A stretch of 48,019 nt of DNA from a virus (IMGVR_UViG_3300017909_002469:1-48019); one strand, 5' to 3'; positions 8,856-16,738 are shown, counted from the stretch's first letter. Translations and numbers: made by a program. The notes: generated by a model from the sequence alone, not told the origin.

Positions 8856-10372
8856 TAGTAAAACTCAGCCTTCCGGTATCGGTATTGTGGTTCTTCCCAT
8901 TCGTCCATCTCAGAACGAATCCATCCACCTTGCCTAAATCTAAGCAGGGCTTGAGACATAGAGTCAACTAAGTCATCGTGCTCACCCGATGGAAACGAGG
9001 CGCACTCCTCTATTATCTCATCAGCCCATCTGGTAGGAGGGGCCCATATCACTCCAGAGGCAAATAGGTCGCTGACCGCGTTGACTCTGGCAATCTTATC
9101 CTGCCCTCTTGAGGGCGTGAACTCCGTTACAGGAATCCCCATAGCTCTTAACTCAAAGATCAACGGTGCTCCAGATGCCTTCTTCTCAACGATCATCTGG
9201 TCTGGTTCCCAAGCCCAGTATGTTTCATGAGCGACACGCTTCAACTCGGGGAACTCATATTTCTCTTTGAAGCTATCTAATAATATCAAATTGGGCACTT
9301 CCTTGCCGGAGTCGTTAGGGTGATGAAAAATACCCCACGTTGTACATGCCGAATAGTCTGATCTCTGTGTTTTCAGGAACGCAGTATCCCAACTTTGGAT
9401 GATTGCATCACACACTGGAGGTTCAGACCTCTCCCATGTCCTCCACCATTCGCGCTTGATCAGGGCTCCCTCTTCACTGGTCGGGTTCTGCTGATACTGA
9501 GCAGACCACTTCGACACAGGAAGCTCAGCCTTTAGCGCAGATAATTGATCAAGGGGCCAGAACTCCGGCCAAAGCGGATTGCCGGAAGGCATAATCGCTG
9601 GAAGCTCAATGACCTCCCAGTCATCAGATCCGTCACGCTCAACAGACTTCTTGATAATCTGACCTGTGAGATCCCTCACAGACCATCGGGTCATCACAAT
9701 AATAATCGCACCACCGGGCTGGAGACGCTGTCTTGGACCTGATGTGTACCACTCATATACCTTGTCATACACCTCAGGGTTGTATGCGCCTATAGCGGCT
9801 TCTTGTTCTGAGTGGGGATCGTCAATGATAAGGATGTCCGCACCTTTACCAGTTACAGCGCCCCCAACACCAATCGCAAAATAATCACCGCCCTTCGAGG
9901 TGTTCCATCGTCCTGCGGCCTTGGAGTCCGTTGACAAGGTGATATCAGGGAAGATCTGCTTGAAGTCTTCGTTCTCGAACAGGTTCCTCACCTTCCGGCC
10001 AAACCCCACTGCCAATTCCGCCGTGTGAGCGGTCTGGATTATCTTCTTGTCAGGGTAGCGCCCAAGAAACCAAGCGGGGAAAAGATAGGATGCAAACTCT
10101 GACTTGGTGTGCCGGGGTGGCATATTGATAATCAGACGCTTGAGTTCACCCTTGGCTACCCTCTCGAAGGCGTCAGCCATTGTTTTGTGATGAGCGCCAG
10201 CAATAAAAGCAGGCCATACGTGTCGAACAAACTCAAGGAAGTCTAGTCTGGATAGTTCTCTGGTTTTTGCCTCGGACAGGTTTTCCATGAGGTCGAGCAG
10301 TTCACGCTGTTCCTCGATAGGCAGTTTCTGTATGAGGTCTTTGTATTGGGTGAGATCAGTACTCTGTTCCAT
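8855..10372 (-). CDS. terL: Terminase large subunit
   Basis: INMPPRHTKS (Walker A variant), IIDDPH (Walker B), VMTRW, SWDTA and HDDLVDS nuclease motifs. Confidence 0.95.
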   Translation of the reverse strand: MEQSTDLTQYKDLIQKLPIEEQRELLDLMENLSEAKTRELSRLDFLEFVRHVWPAFIAGAHHKTMADAFERVAKGELKRLIINMPPRHTKSEFASYLFPAWFLGRYPDKKIIQTAHTAELAVGFGRKVRNLFENEDFKQIFPDITLSTDSKAAGRWNTSKGGDYFAIGVGGAVTGKGADILIIDDPHSEQEAAIGAYNPEVYDKVYEWYTSGPRQRLQPGGAIIIVMTRWSVRDLTGQIIKKSVERDGSDDWEVIELPAIMPSGNPLWPEFWPLDQLSALKAELPVSKWSAQYQQNPTSEEGALIKREWWRTWERSEPPVCDAIIQSWDTAFLKTQRSDYSACTTWGIFHHPNDSGKEVPNLILLDSFKEKYEFPELKRVAHETYWAWEPDQMIVEKKASGAPLIFELRAMGIPVTEFTPSRGQDKIARVNAVSDLFASGVIWAPPTRWADEIIEECASFPSGEHDDLVDSMSQALLRFRQGGWIRSEMDEWEEPQYRYRKAEFY

Positions 10373-10607
10373 CCAGAAGGGCCTTTTTGGCTATCTCAAT
10401 CTGGAATATTATCTCTGCTGTATCGCTGGTGGAAGTGCATATCGTTAGATCTGAACCTAGTGATCTACCCTTGTCGTCCTTCTTGGCCACAGTCCCTATC
10501 AAGATTACCTTGTCGAAATCATACTCTTCCATTGCGTTGGTCAACATCTCTTTCGGATCTAGTTCAAGGAATGTTTCTTCGCCGGGAAACTTGATGATAT
10601 CAGCCAT
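10356..10607 (-). CDS. Hypothetical protein
   Basis: 83 aa, MADIIKFPG start, RBS AAGG, overlaps terL start. Confidence 0.7.
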   Translation of the reverse strand: MADIIKFPGEETFLELDPKEMLTNAMEEYDFDKVILIGTVAKKDDKGRSLGSDLTICTSTSDTAEIIFQIEIAKKALLDGTEY

Positions 10608-10620
10608 GAATTACCTTGCG

Positions 10621-10683
10621 TAAAGGAGGGGCCCCGAAGGGCCCCTGATGTCTTGCTTACAATCGGGAGGAGAGCGCAATACG
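10621..10683 (-). ncRNA. Candidate sRNA or leader with CUCUCUCCC anti-SD-like segment and UUCG hairpin
   Basis: TG-C-TACAAT at 10697-10689, then TTGC-GCTCTCTCCCGATTGTAA-GCAA, then AGGGGCCC-TTCG-GGGCCCCT-CCTTT. Confidence 0.4.
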
Positions 10684-10701
10684 GTTTCATTGTAGCACAA
10701 G

Positions 10702-10723
10702 AAAATGTGCACATGCACTTTTT
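10702..10723. repeat. Dispersed palindrome copy 3 (AAAATGTGCACATGCACTTTTT)
   Basis: Consensus match between divergent promoter-like elements. Confidence 0.85.
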
Positions 10724-10749
10724 GGCCTCAAACCCCTGTTTAGCTACAG

Positions 10750-10777
10750 TTGCATGTATGATTTTTCCTGATACAAT
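10750..10777 (+). promoter_or_regulatory. Sigma70-like promoter TTGCAT-N16-TACAAT with TG extension
   Basis: Seen directly; the 15-mer TTTTCCTGATACAAT also occurs on the minus strand at 2787-2801. Confidence 0.5.
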
Positions 10778-10781
10778 TACC

Positions 10782-10890
10782 CTCTAGGTTTACCTAGAGC
10801 AAGGTAAACCTTCCTATAATAAAACCACTAAGGTATACCTTAGGCAACAGGATGTTCACAATGAAGTTACTTGTATACAAGGTTAAGCTT
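10782..10890. repeat. Cluster of AGGT-NN-A(C/G)CT palindromes (candidate origin/packaging iterons)
   Basis: 10786 AGGTTTACCT, 10802 AGGTAAACCT, 10831 AGGTATACCT, 10880 AGGTTAAGCT in AT-rich DNA without a convincing ORF. Confidence 0.6.
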
Positions 10891-11048
10891 GCGTGGCTAA
10901 ACCTCCTCCAGATATCCCTAAATCGTAAGTATAAGAAGATTGCTTCACTTGAGAGGCGCGTAATCCTGCTTCGATGGGAGATCGATAAACTAAGCCCAAA
11001 GTAGTATGCTAAGATTGCTCTATGTTGCACTGCACAAAGGAGATGAAC

Positions 11049-11186
11049 ATGGAGCAATTCAAGCAATTCGTAGAAAAATCTTTCCATATGGCCCGCACGA
11101 ACACTGAGTGGGCGCTAAATCAATGGGAAAACACGTTAAAGCAGTTAGTTGATCAGCTAGAGAAGTACTCTGGGGAGAAGAAATGA
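11049..11186 (+). CDS. 45-aa amphipathic helical protein (possibly phasin-like)
   Basis: RBS AAGGAG at 11037-11042; MEQFKQFVEKSFHMARTNTEWALNQWENTLKQLVDQLEKYSGEKK; below the ORF-track cutoff. Confidence 0.65.
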   Translation: MEQFKQFVEKSFHMARTNTEWALNQWENTLKQLVDQLEKYSGEKK

Positions 11187-11329
11187 GGAGTGTTATCCGT
11201 TTCTTCAAACTGATGGGACGTGCTATCGAGTGTTCACAACTGTCAAGAGCAGAAAATCACATAGCTAACTCTGGTATCCTGAGGGAAGTCCATAAACGTC
11301 AGCTAGAAATGATGACGAAGGACCTGTGA
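11183..11329 (+). CDS. 48-aa small protein (weakly DUF1127-like)
   Basis: ATGA-coupled to the previous ORF; MRSVIRFFKLMGRAIECSQLSRAENHIANSGILREVHKRQLEMMTKDL. Confidence 0.6.
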   Translation: MRSVIRFFKLMGRAIECSQLSRAENHIANSGILREVHKRQLEMMTKDL

Positions 11330-11380
11330 TTAGCTAATAAATAGAATGATCCGCGCCCGTGGTTCCTTGGCGCAATTCAC

Positions 11381-11428
11381 AAAGCCCCTTCAGAGCGATT
11401 CTAAGGCTCTCTACGGGGCTTTTTCTTT
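11381..11428 (+). terminator. Intrinsic terminator of the two-gene plus-strand cassette
   Basis: AAAGCCCC...GGGGCTTT stem followed by TTCTTT. Confidence 0.65.
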
Positions 11429-11598
11429 ATGGGGGTACCCTACCCCTTACTTCAGGCAAAGTACCCGATAAACCATAGCAAAAAAGGGGTTTATGAAAGT
11501 GTTGTGATTGGGTGTGTGGAATAGTGTGTGTAGTACGGCCAGTGCACCACGACCGCGCAGGGGGGTACCCCGTGGGTGGGGTCAGCCAGATAGCCAGA

Positions 11599-12072
11599 TC
11601 ACGAACCAGTACCCCCGTAGCGCTGTGCTAGGTCAGCCAGTTTCTTCTGGAGCTCTGTCTCGATCTCTCCGGCACTCCTGCTGGTGTCGTCCTGCTCCAC
11701 TCGATCAGTGAACATGGCGATCGATTTACCCAGCAGTTCCAGAGCCCTGATCCGCGCACTGTCAGACTCAGCCTGCATGGCCTCAGCATGGAGCCGCTCC
11801 AGCACCAATCTCTTCAAGCGAGCCTGATCATGCAGTGTCCTGTCTTCCTGAGCCTTCTGAATCGATAACACCCTTTGTGAGACCTTAGGGTTGTCCATCA
11901 GCTTTGACGCCTCCGTCCACACGCTGGAGTCTTTCATGCCTTCAGCACTGTACGATGCCCTGTATGCCTCACTGAGTGTCTGTCCGTTGGCCACGCCCTG
12001 AGCGAATGCATCCTGCTTGGCTGTAAGGCCTCCCTTGATTGATTGGCCTGCGATCACCTGTAGTCTCTCCAC
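11599..12072 (-). CDS. terS: Terminase small subunit
   Basis: LTAKQDAFAQGVANGQTLSEAYRASY...EASKLMDNPKV HTH and RIRALELLGK motifs typical of TerS. Confidence 0.8.
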   Translation of the reverse strand: MERLQVIAGQSIKGGLTAKQDAFAQGVANGQTLSEAYRASYSAEGMKDSSVWTEASKLMDNPKVSQRVLSIQKAQEDRTLHDQARLKRLVLERLHAEAMQAESDSARIRALELLGKSIAMFTDRVEQDDTSRSAGEIETELQKKLADLAQRYGGTGS

Positions 12073-12111
12073 TGTATCCCCTTCTACTCAGCGGTAATGT
12101 TTCGGGCGCTG

Positions 12112-12133
12112 AAAAAGTGCATGTGCACTTTTT
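12112..12133. repeat. Dispersed palindrome copy 4 (AAAAAGTGCATGTGCACTTTTT); degenerate copy at 12160-12176
   Basis: Consensus match between terS and the early promoter. Confidence 0.9.
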
Positions 12134-12199
12134 TGATCCCTGCAACCAGTGTACTTTCTGGGCATATGAACTTTTTTTACTTTTTTTTGCCATTAGGTG

Positions 12200-12227
12200 T
12201 TGTTATGTGATTTTAGGTGTGTATAAT
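12200..12227 (+). promoter_or_regulatory. Probable major early sigma70 promoter (TTGTTA-N16-TATAAT) with upstream T-tracts
   Basis: Perfect -10 at 12222-12227; T-rich UP-like element at 12172-12188; start of the plus-strand early region. Confidence 0.65.
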
Positions 12228-12233
12228 CGGCTT

Positions 12234-12800
12234 ATCGAATGGTGCTCTACCCGATCTGGGATTCGCACCTTGGGCCGGAGAGGGCCGGTCATTCAGCTTA
12301 GTGGAGCGATCCTATGTTGACTGATCAACCAGCTTAGTGGAGCGATCCTATGCTGGTCATGGCCAAGCCCCGATGCCTCCACTCAGTGGACATCGCGGAC
12401 TCCCACACAGGCCCACGCCATTTCAGGCGAGTCGGTGAGCTGGCAGGACATCAGTCCATACCAGACCTGATGACAAGACTTTGAACGCACACTATACCCA
12501 TTGCGTGGAGTGCGGAGTCTGCGGTTAACGTGAGCGATGGGAGACGGTGACAGGCGGTGCCTGTGCCAAGCTGGCAAGCAGATCGTGTGAATCGGATGCG
12601 TTGGGGGGTGACCCTGACCAAGTGAGACCAGCAGTGCCCTGTACTGAGTCATTCGTCAATGTTGGAACTACCCTGAGCGCTTGCAAGTTGGTTCGGGGTT
12701 TTAGTGTTTGAGGCGGGTTGGAATACCTGCCTCTGTCAGTGTCCTGCCTCAGCATCCTGTCAAGGGTTCTGTATCGGTCACACTGACCGTTTTCAAACCA
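12234..12800 (+). ncRNA. Long structured early leader or ncRNA candidate
   Basis: No credible ORF; tandem 23-nt repeat hairpins (12294-12316, 12330-12352) and several other stems. Confidence 0.55.
12738..12789 (+). ncRNA. Repeated pseudoknot RNA motif copy A
   Basis: AGTGT-CCTGCC-[hairpin]-AT-CGGTC-ACACT-GACCG. Confidence 0.75.
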
Positions 12801-12822
12801 AGCCAATATGGAGGATATTCTC

Positions 12823-13416
12823 ATGGCAAACTCAAAAGTAAAATTCACTCTCGCTTCAGTCACTGAAATCGCTAACGCTATCTCTGCTTCAGAGGGCCTA
12901 GGAGCCAAGGCGAAAGACATCGCAAATGAAAGGACAGAAGCTATCATGACAGCCTACCAGCATATCATCGCTGATCTCGCTGTGGCTGGTATCAAGCTAA
13001 CCAAGCGCGGCCAGAGTGACGGCCTTCCTAAGGTGGTCATGAGCGAGCTCAAGACTCAGCTTGCAGAGGCTGGCGTTACAGACTCAAACGTAGATCGCTA
13101 CTCCAAAAACGTGAACGGGCTCCTCAAGGCCATGCCTCAGCTTCTGGAGTGCACAGACTCTGCGTCTGTAGCTATGACCCTTCACAATGAAGGTATCACC
13201 AATCAGGCCAAGATCATGGCTAAGATCAGACCTGTAACTGATCCTGTTGAAAAGCTGGCCGTGAAAGTCGCGGCACTCGATGAGGAAGAGTACAATCGCC
13301 TGCTCACTGCAGTCCGCAAGCTTCATGAAGCGAAGGCTAAGGAAAAGGCGAAGCTCGCTGAGGCCGCTCAAGAGTCTGATGAGATCTCTGAGATGCTCGA
13401 TACCCTTGAAGGCTAA
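12823..13416 (+). CDS. First early protein, helical, unknown function
   Basis: RBS GGAGG at 12810, ATG at 12823; 197 aa. Confidence 0.85.
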   Translation: MANSKVKFTLASVTEIANAISASEGLGAKAKDIANERTEAIMTAYQHIIADLAVAGIKLTKRGQSDGLPKVVMSELKTQLAEAGVTDSNVDRYSKNVNGLLKAMPQLLECTDSASVAMTLHNEGITNQAKIMAKIRPVTDPVEKLAVKVAALDEEEYNRLLTAVRKLHEAKAKEKAKLAEAAQESDEISEMLDTLEG

Positions 13417-13419
13417 TCC

Positions 13420-13475
13420 AGTCACCTGCCCAAGCGTCTGACCTGTGTCGGGCGCTTGATCGGTCTGACTGACCG
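13420..13475 (+). ncRNA. Repeated pseudoknot RNA motif copy B
   Basis: AGTCA-CCTGCC-[12-bp hairpin]-AT-CGGTC-TGACT-GACCG. Confidence 0.8.
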
Positions 13476-13497
13476 AAAAAGTGCATGTGCACTTTTT
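13476..13497. repeat. Dispersed palindrome copy 5 (AAAAAGTGCATGTGCACTTTTT)
   Basis: Consensus match directly upstream of the RBS of the AAA ATPase gene. Confidence 0.9.
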
Positions 13498-13517
13498 TTT
13501 CCAATGGGAGAGTAACA

Positions 13518-14573
13518 ATGAACCAAACTACAAACCTATCCACTGCTGTGGAAATTGTTCGCGCCAGTGTTCTGGCAAATCAGCAATTGACTGGCCGCTC
13601 AAGCCAGTACGTGACCCCGATGCTTTGGGGTGTGGCCGGTGCTGGTAAGACAGCATCTGTCGAGGCTCTGGCACAGGACATGGAGATCGACTTCATGGAC
13701 TTCCGCGCCAACCAGTATGACGCTGGTGAGCTGGGCGGTCTGCCTTGGGCTCAGGGTGATCGTATGATCCGTCTGCGTCCACAGTACTTGCCCACTGATG
13801 GTGTCGGTATCTTGTTCGTGGATGAACTGCCACAGGCTCCTGTCGCCAACCAGAACATCATTGGTCAACTGGTCAATGAGCGCCGTATCGGTGAGCACGT
13901 TCTGCCTGACGGCTGGACTGTGGTCTGTGCTGGCAACCAGATGCACCATCGCGCTGGTACCAACGCCATGCCTTCTCACCTCAAGGATCGTCTACTGCAC
14001 ATCACCATCGTGCCTGACCTTGATGATGCGCTCCAGTACATGGCGGCCAATGGGATCGACAATCGCATCCTGAGCTTCCTGCGCTTCCAGCCTGAGCACC
14101 TGTCCAAGTTCGATAAGGACGTGAATGCATGTCCATCCCCTCGCTCTTGGGAGAAGGCTCACCAGATCCTGTCTTGGAAGCTGAGCCCAATGGCCCAGCA
14201 CATCGCTTTGTGCGGGACTCTGGGCGAGGGCACTACGGCTACGTTCGAGGTGCACCTGCAAATGTGTGATGCGATGCCTGACATCGATGCCCCGTTCACT
14301 GATCCAGACAATGCTGAGATCCCTTCTGAGCCTGCGATGGCATATGCCCTGTGTGCATCCCTTGCCTATCGAGTCAAGAAGTCCACGTCTGCCAATCTGG
14401 TTCGGTTCATCAACCGTATCCCAGCGCAGGAGTACAGTGCGTTCGCCATGAAGACCGTGGTCAATCTCAATGGCAAGGCTGAGATCCGCAAGTGGGCTCA
14501 TGATGTCAAAGAGGTGCGTGACTGGCTGACTGGTGACGCGAAGCTTCTTGTACTTGAGGAGAAGGCATCATGA
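13518..14573 (+). CDS. MoxR-like AAA+ ATPase
   Basis: Walker A GVAGAGKT, Walker B ILFVDEL, sensor AGN, HLKDR arginine finger, PSPRSW; ATG at 13518 after GGGAG. Confidence 0.9.
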   Translation: MNQTTNLSTAVEIVRASVLANQQLTGRSSQYVTPMLWGVAGAGKTASVEALAQDMEIDFMDFRANQYDAGELGGLPWAQGDRMIRLRPQYLPTDGVGILFVDELPQAPVANQNIIGQLVNERRIGEHVLPDGWTVVCAGNQMHHRAGTNAMPSHLKDRLLHITIVPDLDDALQYMAANGIDNRILSFLRFQPEHLSKFDKDVNACPSPRSWEKAHQILSWKLSPMAQHIALCGTLGEGTTATFEVHLQMCDAMPDIDAPFTDPDNAEIPSEPAMAYALCASLAYRVKKSTSANLVRFINRIPAQEYSAFAMKTVVNLNGKAEIRKWAHDVKEVRDWLTGDAKLLVLEEKAS

Positions 14574-15703
14574 TTCAGGCACTCAATCAGGATGCCCAGT
14601 TCGTCATCTCGCGGGTCAAGACCCGCCTGATGATCAAGCATCCATTCTTTGGCGCCATCGCTATGGGTATGCAGTTCATCGAGGACTCATCAATCCCTAC
14701 GATGTGCACTGATGGCAGGACAGTGAACTACAATCCTGACTTTGTCATGCGGCTCCCTTTCGATCAGGTGACGTTCGTGGTAGTGCATGAGATCATGCAT
14801 GTGGCACTCAAGCATCCGATGCGTTGTGATGGCCGTGACCATGAGGTCTGGAACATGGCGACAGACTACGCGATCAACCAGATCTGTATCGACAGCGGAT
14901 TGGAGATGCCTCCTGAGGGTTTGTTTGACCCTCAGTACAAAGGCATGTCTGCTGAGGCGATCTATCCCCGCCTGCTAGACACCGCCAATCGTCCTCAGGG
15001 CGAGGGCTGGAGGTTCGGTGATATCAAGCAACCTACCAACGGTGACGGTGATCCTGTCTCCGGCAAGGAGCTTGAGGAGATGGAGGCACAGTCAGATCGT
15101 ATGGTCATGCAGGCCGCTACCACTGCCAAGAGTATCGGCAAGGTACCCGCTGGCCTTGATGAACTGGTCAATATGTTGACCACTAACAAGGTTGACTGGC
15201 GTGACAAGTTGCGTCTGTTCGTGGGGGGTGACCAGCCTGATGACTACACCATGCGGAAGCCCAATCGCAAGATGCTGGCCTCCTGCGGCATCTACATGCC
15301 CAGTGTCGAGCACAATGGTGTGGGTAACATCGTGGCCGTGATCGATTCATCCTGTTCTGTTACGCAGGAAGAGCTGAACATGTATCTCAGTGAGCTGAAT
15401 GCAATCTCTGAGGACATGTGCCCAACGTCTGTGACGATCATCACCTGCGATACTCAGGTGCAGTCTGTGACTACGTACTATGAGGGTGAGGTGATCGAGT
15501 CACTCAATGCCAAGGGCCGTGGCGGCACACGGGTCACACCTGCCTTCAAGTATGTTGATGAGCAAGGTCTGCCTGTCGATTCTATGGTGTACTTCACAGA
15601 CCTGTATGTGCATGATTTCCCACAGGCACCTGACTATCCGGTGCTGTGGGTATCCACTGGCGCTACAGCCGCACCATTCGGAGATGTGGTCAGCGTAAGC
15701 TGA
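14570..15703 (+). CDS. Zincin metallopeptidase plus vWA-domain protein (DUF2201-like)
   Basis: HEIMHVALKH (HExxH), WNMATDYAIN, MIDAS motif DSSCS, GRGGT, YFTD; ATGA-coupled to the ATPase gene. Confidence 0.9.
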   Translation: MIQALNQDAQFVISRVKTRLMIKHPFFGAIAMGMQFIEDSSIPTMCTDGRTVNYNPDFVMRLPFDQVTFVVVHEIMHVALKHPMRCDGRDHEVWNMATDYAINQICIDSGLEMPPEGLFDPQYKGMSAEAIYPRLLDTANRPQGEGWRFGDIKQPTNGDGDPVSGKELEEMEAQSDRMVMQAATTAKSIGKVPAGLDELVNMLTTNKVDWRDKLRLFVGGDQPDDYTMRKPNRKMLASCGIYMPSVEHNGVGNIVAVIDSSCSVTQEELNMYLSELNAISEDMCPTSVTIITCDTQVQSVTTYYEGEVIESLNAKGRGGTRVTPAFKYVDEQGLPVDSMVYFTDLYVHDFPQAPDYPVLWVSTGATAAPFGDVVSVS

Positions 15704-15710
15704 CCATGTC

Positions 15711-15732
15711 AAAAAGTGCATATGAACTTTTT
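15711..15732. repeat. Dispersed palindrome copy 6 (AAAAAGTGCATATGAACTTTTT)
   Basis: Consensus match, intergenic. Confidence 0.9.
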
Positions 15733-15743
15733 TGGAGAGTGAT

Positions 15744-16019
15744 ATGACTGAACTTCATGAGGGCGCTATCAAGAGCGCCATTCGAGTACTGGTAGATAAC
15801 TGCGTGTCTCACGTAGATGACCTGACCTACAAGGTGACTCACTTGATTGCTGATCCTGACACCGTTGCTGAGATGCATCGAGATATTGATGAGCTGAATG
15901 GCGCGATCAATTTTCTGAGGGACTCAGGTATGGTGGGAGACCGCAGGAGCACCTACGCTGAGGAGTTCCTCAAAAAGATGAGGGATAAATCCACTAACCC
16001 TTGGAGTACATCGAGATGA
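15744..16019 (+). CDS. Hypothetical early protein
   Basis: RBS GGAG, ATG at 15744. Confidence 0.7.
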   Translation: MTELHEGAIKSAIRVLVDNCVSHVDDLTYKVTHLIADPDTVAEMHRDIDELNGAINFLRDSGMVGDRRSTYAEEFLKKMRDKSTNPWSTSR

Positions 16020-16123
16020 CTGAATACACCAGCTTTGCATCTGTTGCTTTGATCTGCCTTGTCTATGCAGTGGGCCTTATAGCCTTCTGGTTTTCTGATG
16101 ATGAGGACAAATGGAAGTTCTAG
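16016..16123 (+). CDS. 35-aa single-pass membrane peptide
   Basis: ATGA-coupled; MTEYTSFASVALICLVYAVGLIAFWFSDDEDKWKF. Confidence 0.6.
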   Translation: MTEYTSFASVALICLVYAVGLIAFWFSDDEDKWKF

Positions 16124-16175
16124 TGACCTGCCCCAGTGTCCGTGTATCGGGCACTGGATCGGTCTCACTAGACCG
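16121..16175 (+). ncRNA. Repeated pseudoknot RNA motif copy C
   Basis: TAGTGA-CCTGCC-[10-bp hairpin]-AT-CGGTC-TCACTA-GACCG. Confidence 0.8.
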
Positions 16176-16200
16176 TTGTGAACATAAGAGGAGAAATACT

Positions 16201-16455
16201 ATGAGCACACCAAGAGGACTGACTATCATCCGTGCCGATGTCTATGCGGTAGAAACCTACAGGGACATCGAGGATGATTTCTATCAAGCGGGAGCTGGCC
16301 CAAGCCAAGCACATGCTGTGCTCCACTGTAACGATGATGAACAGACCAAGCTGTACTGTTACACAGTTGAGGACTGCCTTCAGTGGTTCGTGTTGAACCA
16401 CGTATCTGAAGATTTCAAAGTTGTAAAAGTGGAGACAAATCATGAACATGAATGA
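16201..16455 (+). CDS. Hypothetical early protein
   Basis: RBS GAGGAG, ATG at 16201; the track start at 16111 runs through the RNA motif and is unlikely. Confidence 0.7.
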   Translation: MSTPRGLTIIRADVYAVETYRDIEDDFYQAGAGPSQAHAVLHCNDDEQTKLYCYTVEDCLQWFVLNHVSEDFKVVKVETNHEHE

Positions 16456-16738
16456 CATGCTAACCAGAATGGGAATCCCTTCAAAGGAATTCCTTGGCGT
16501 GAAAGCGGAGGCACATGAAGCCGCTTACAACGCGATCATAGGCCTTGTCTACTCAGATGAGTTCGATTTCCGAACTGCGCGGCAAGAGCTGGACATACGG
16601 CTCAAGCTGACCAAGATAGCTGAAAAGCTAGCTGATGGTCTGAATGCTGATGAGGGTATCTATGATGCGAGGGAGTTCGCCAAGAGAGAATTTCAAAAGC
16701 GGAAAGAAGCAAACCGGACTTATGCAAACAATGCTTAG
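16442..16738 (+). CDS. Hypothetical early protein
   Basis: 98-aa ORF, RBS GGAG, overlaps previous gene. Confidence 0.7.
   Translation: MNMNDMLTRMGIPSKEFLGVKAEAHEAAYNAIIGLVYSDEFDFRTARQELDIRLKLTKIAEKLADGLNADEGIYDAREFAKREFQKRKEANRTYANNA

Noticed and set aside
10794-11087. 97-aa minus-strand ORF
   Set aside because: No clear RBS, odd composition, and it overlaps the palindrome cluster and the better-supported plus-strand ORF at 11049.
12112-12133. Palindrome as NtrC box, CIRCE or alphaproteobacterial LexA box
   Set aside because: NtrC is TGCAC-N7-GTGCA (opposite half-site orientation), CIRCE is TTAGCACTC-N9-GAGTGCTAA, and LexA is a GTTC-N7-GTTC direct repeat; none match.
12294-12352. 23-nt direct repeat as a mini CRISPR array
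   Set aside because: Only two copies with a 13-nt gap; the Cas4-like gene sits in a recombination module and no other cas genes are present.
12467-12490. CTGATGA as a hammerhead ribozyme core
   Set aside because: No proper stem II followed by GAAA, and CTGATG is better explained by pairing with CATCAG at 12449.
11969-12947. Track ORFs 11969-12193, 12039-12320, 12383-12652 and 12525-12947
   Set aside because: They overlap terS, the promoter and the structured leader, or are antisense to ORF 12823; no recognisable protein features.
13420-13475. Repeated RNA motif as a twister ribozyme (CUGCC...CGGUC...CCG resemblance)
   Set aside because: Lacks the UAA cleavage loop, the 3' strands of P1/P2 and the two twister pseudoknots; the pairing topology differs.
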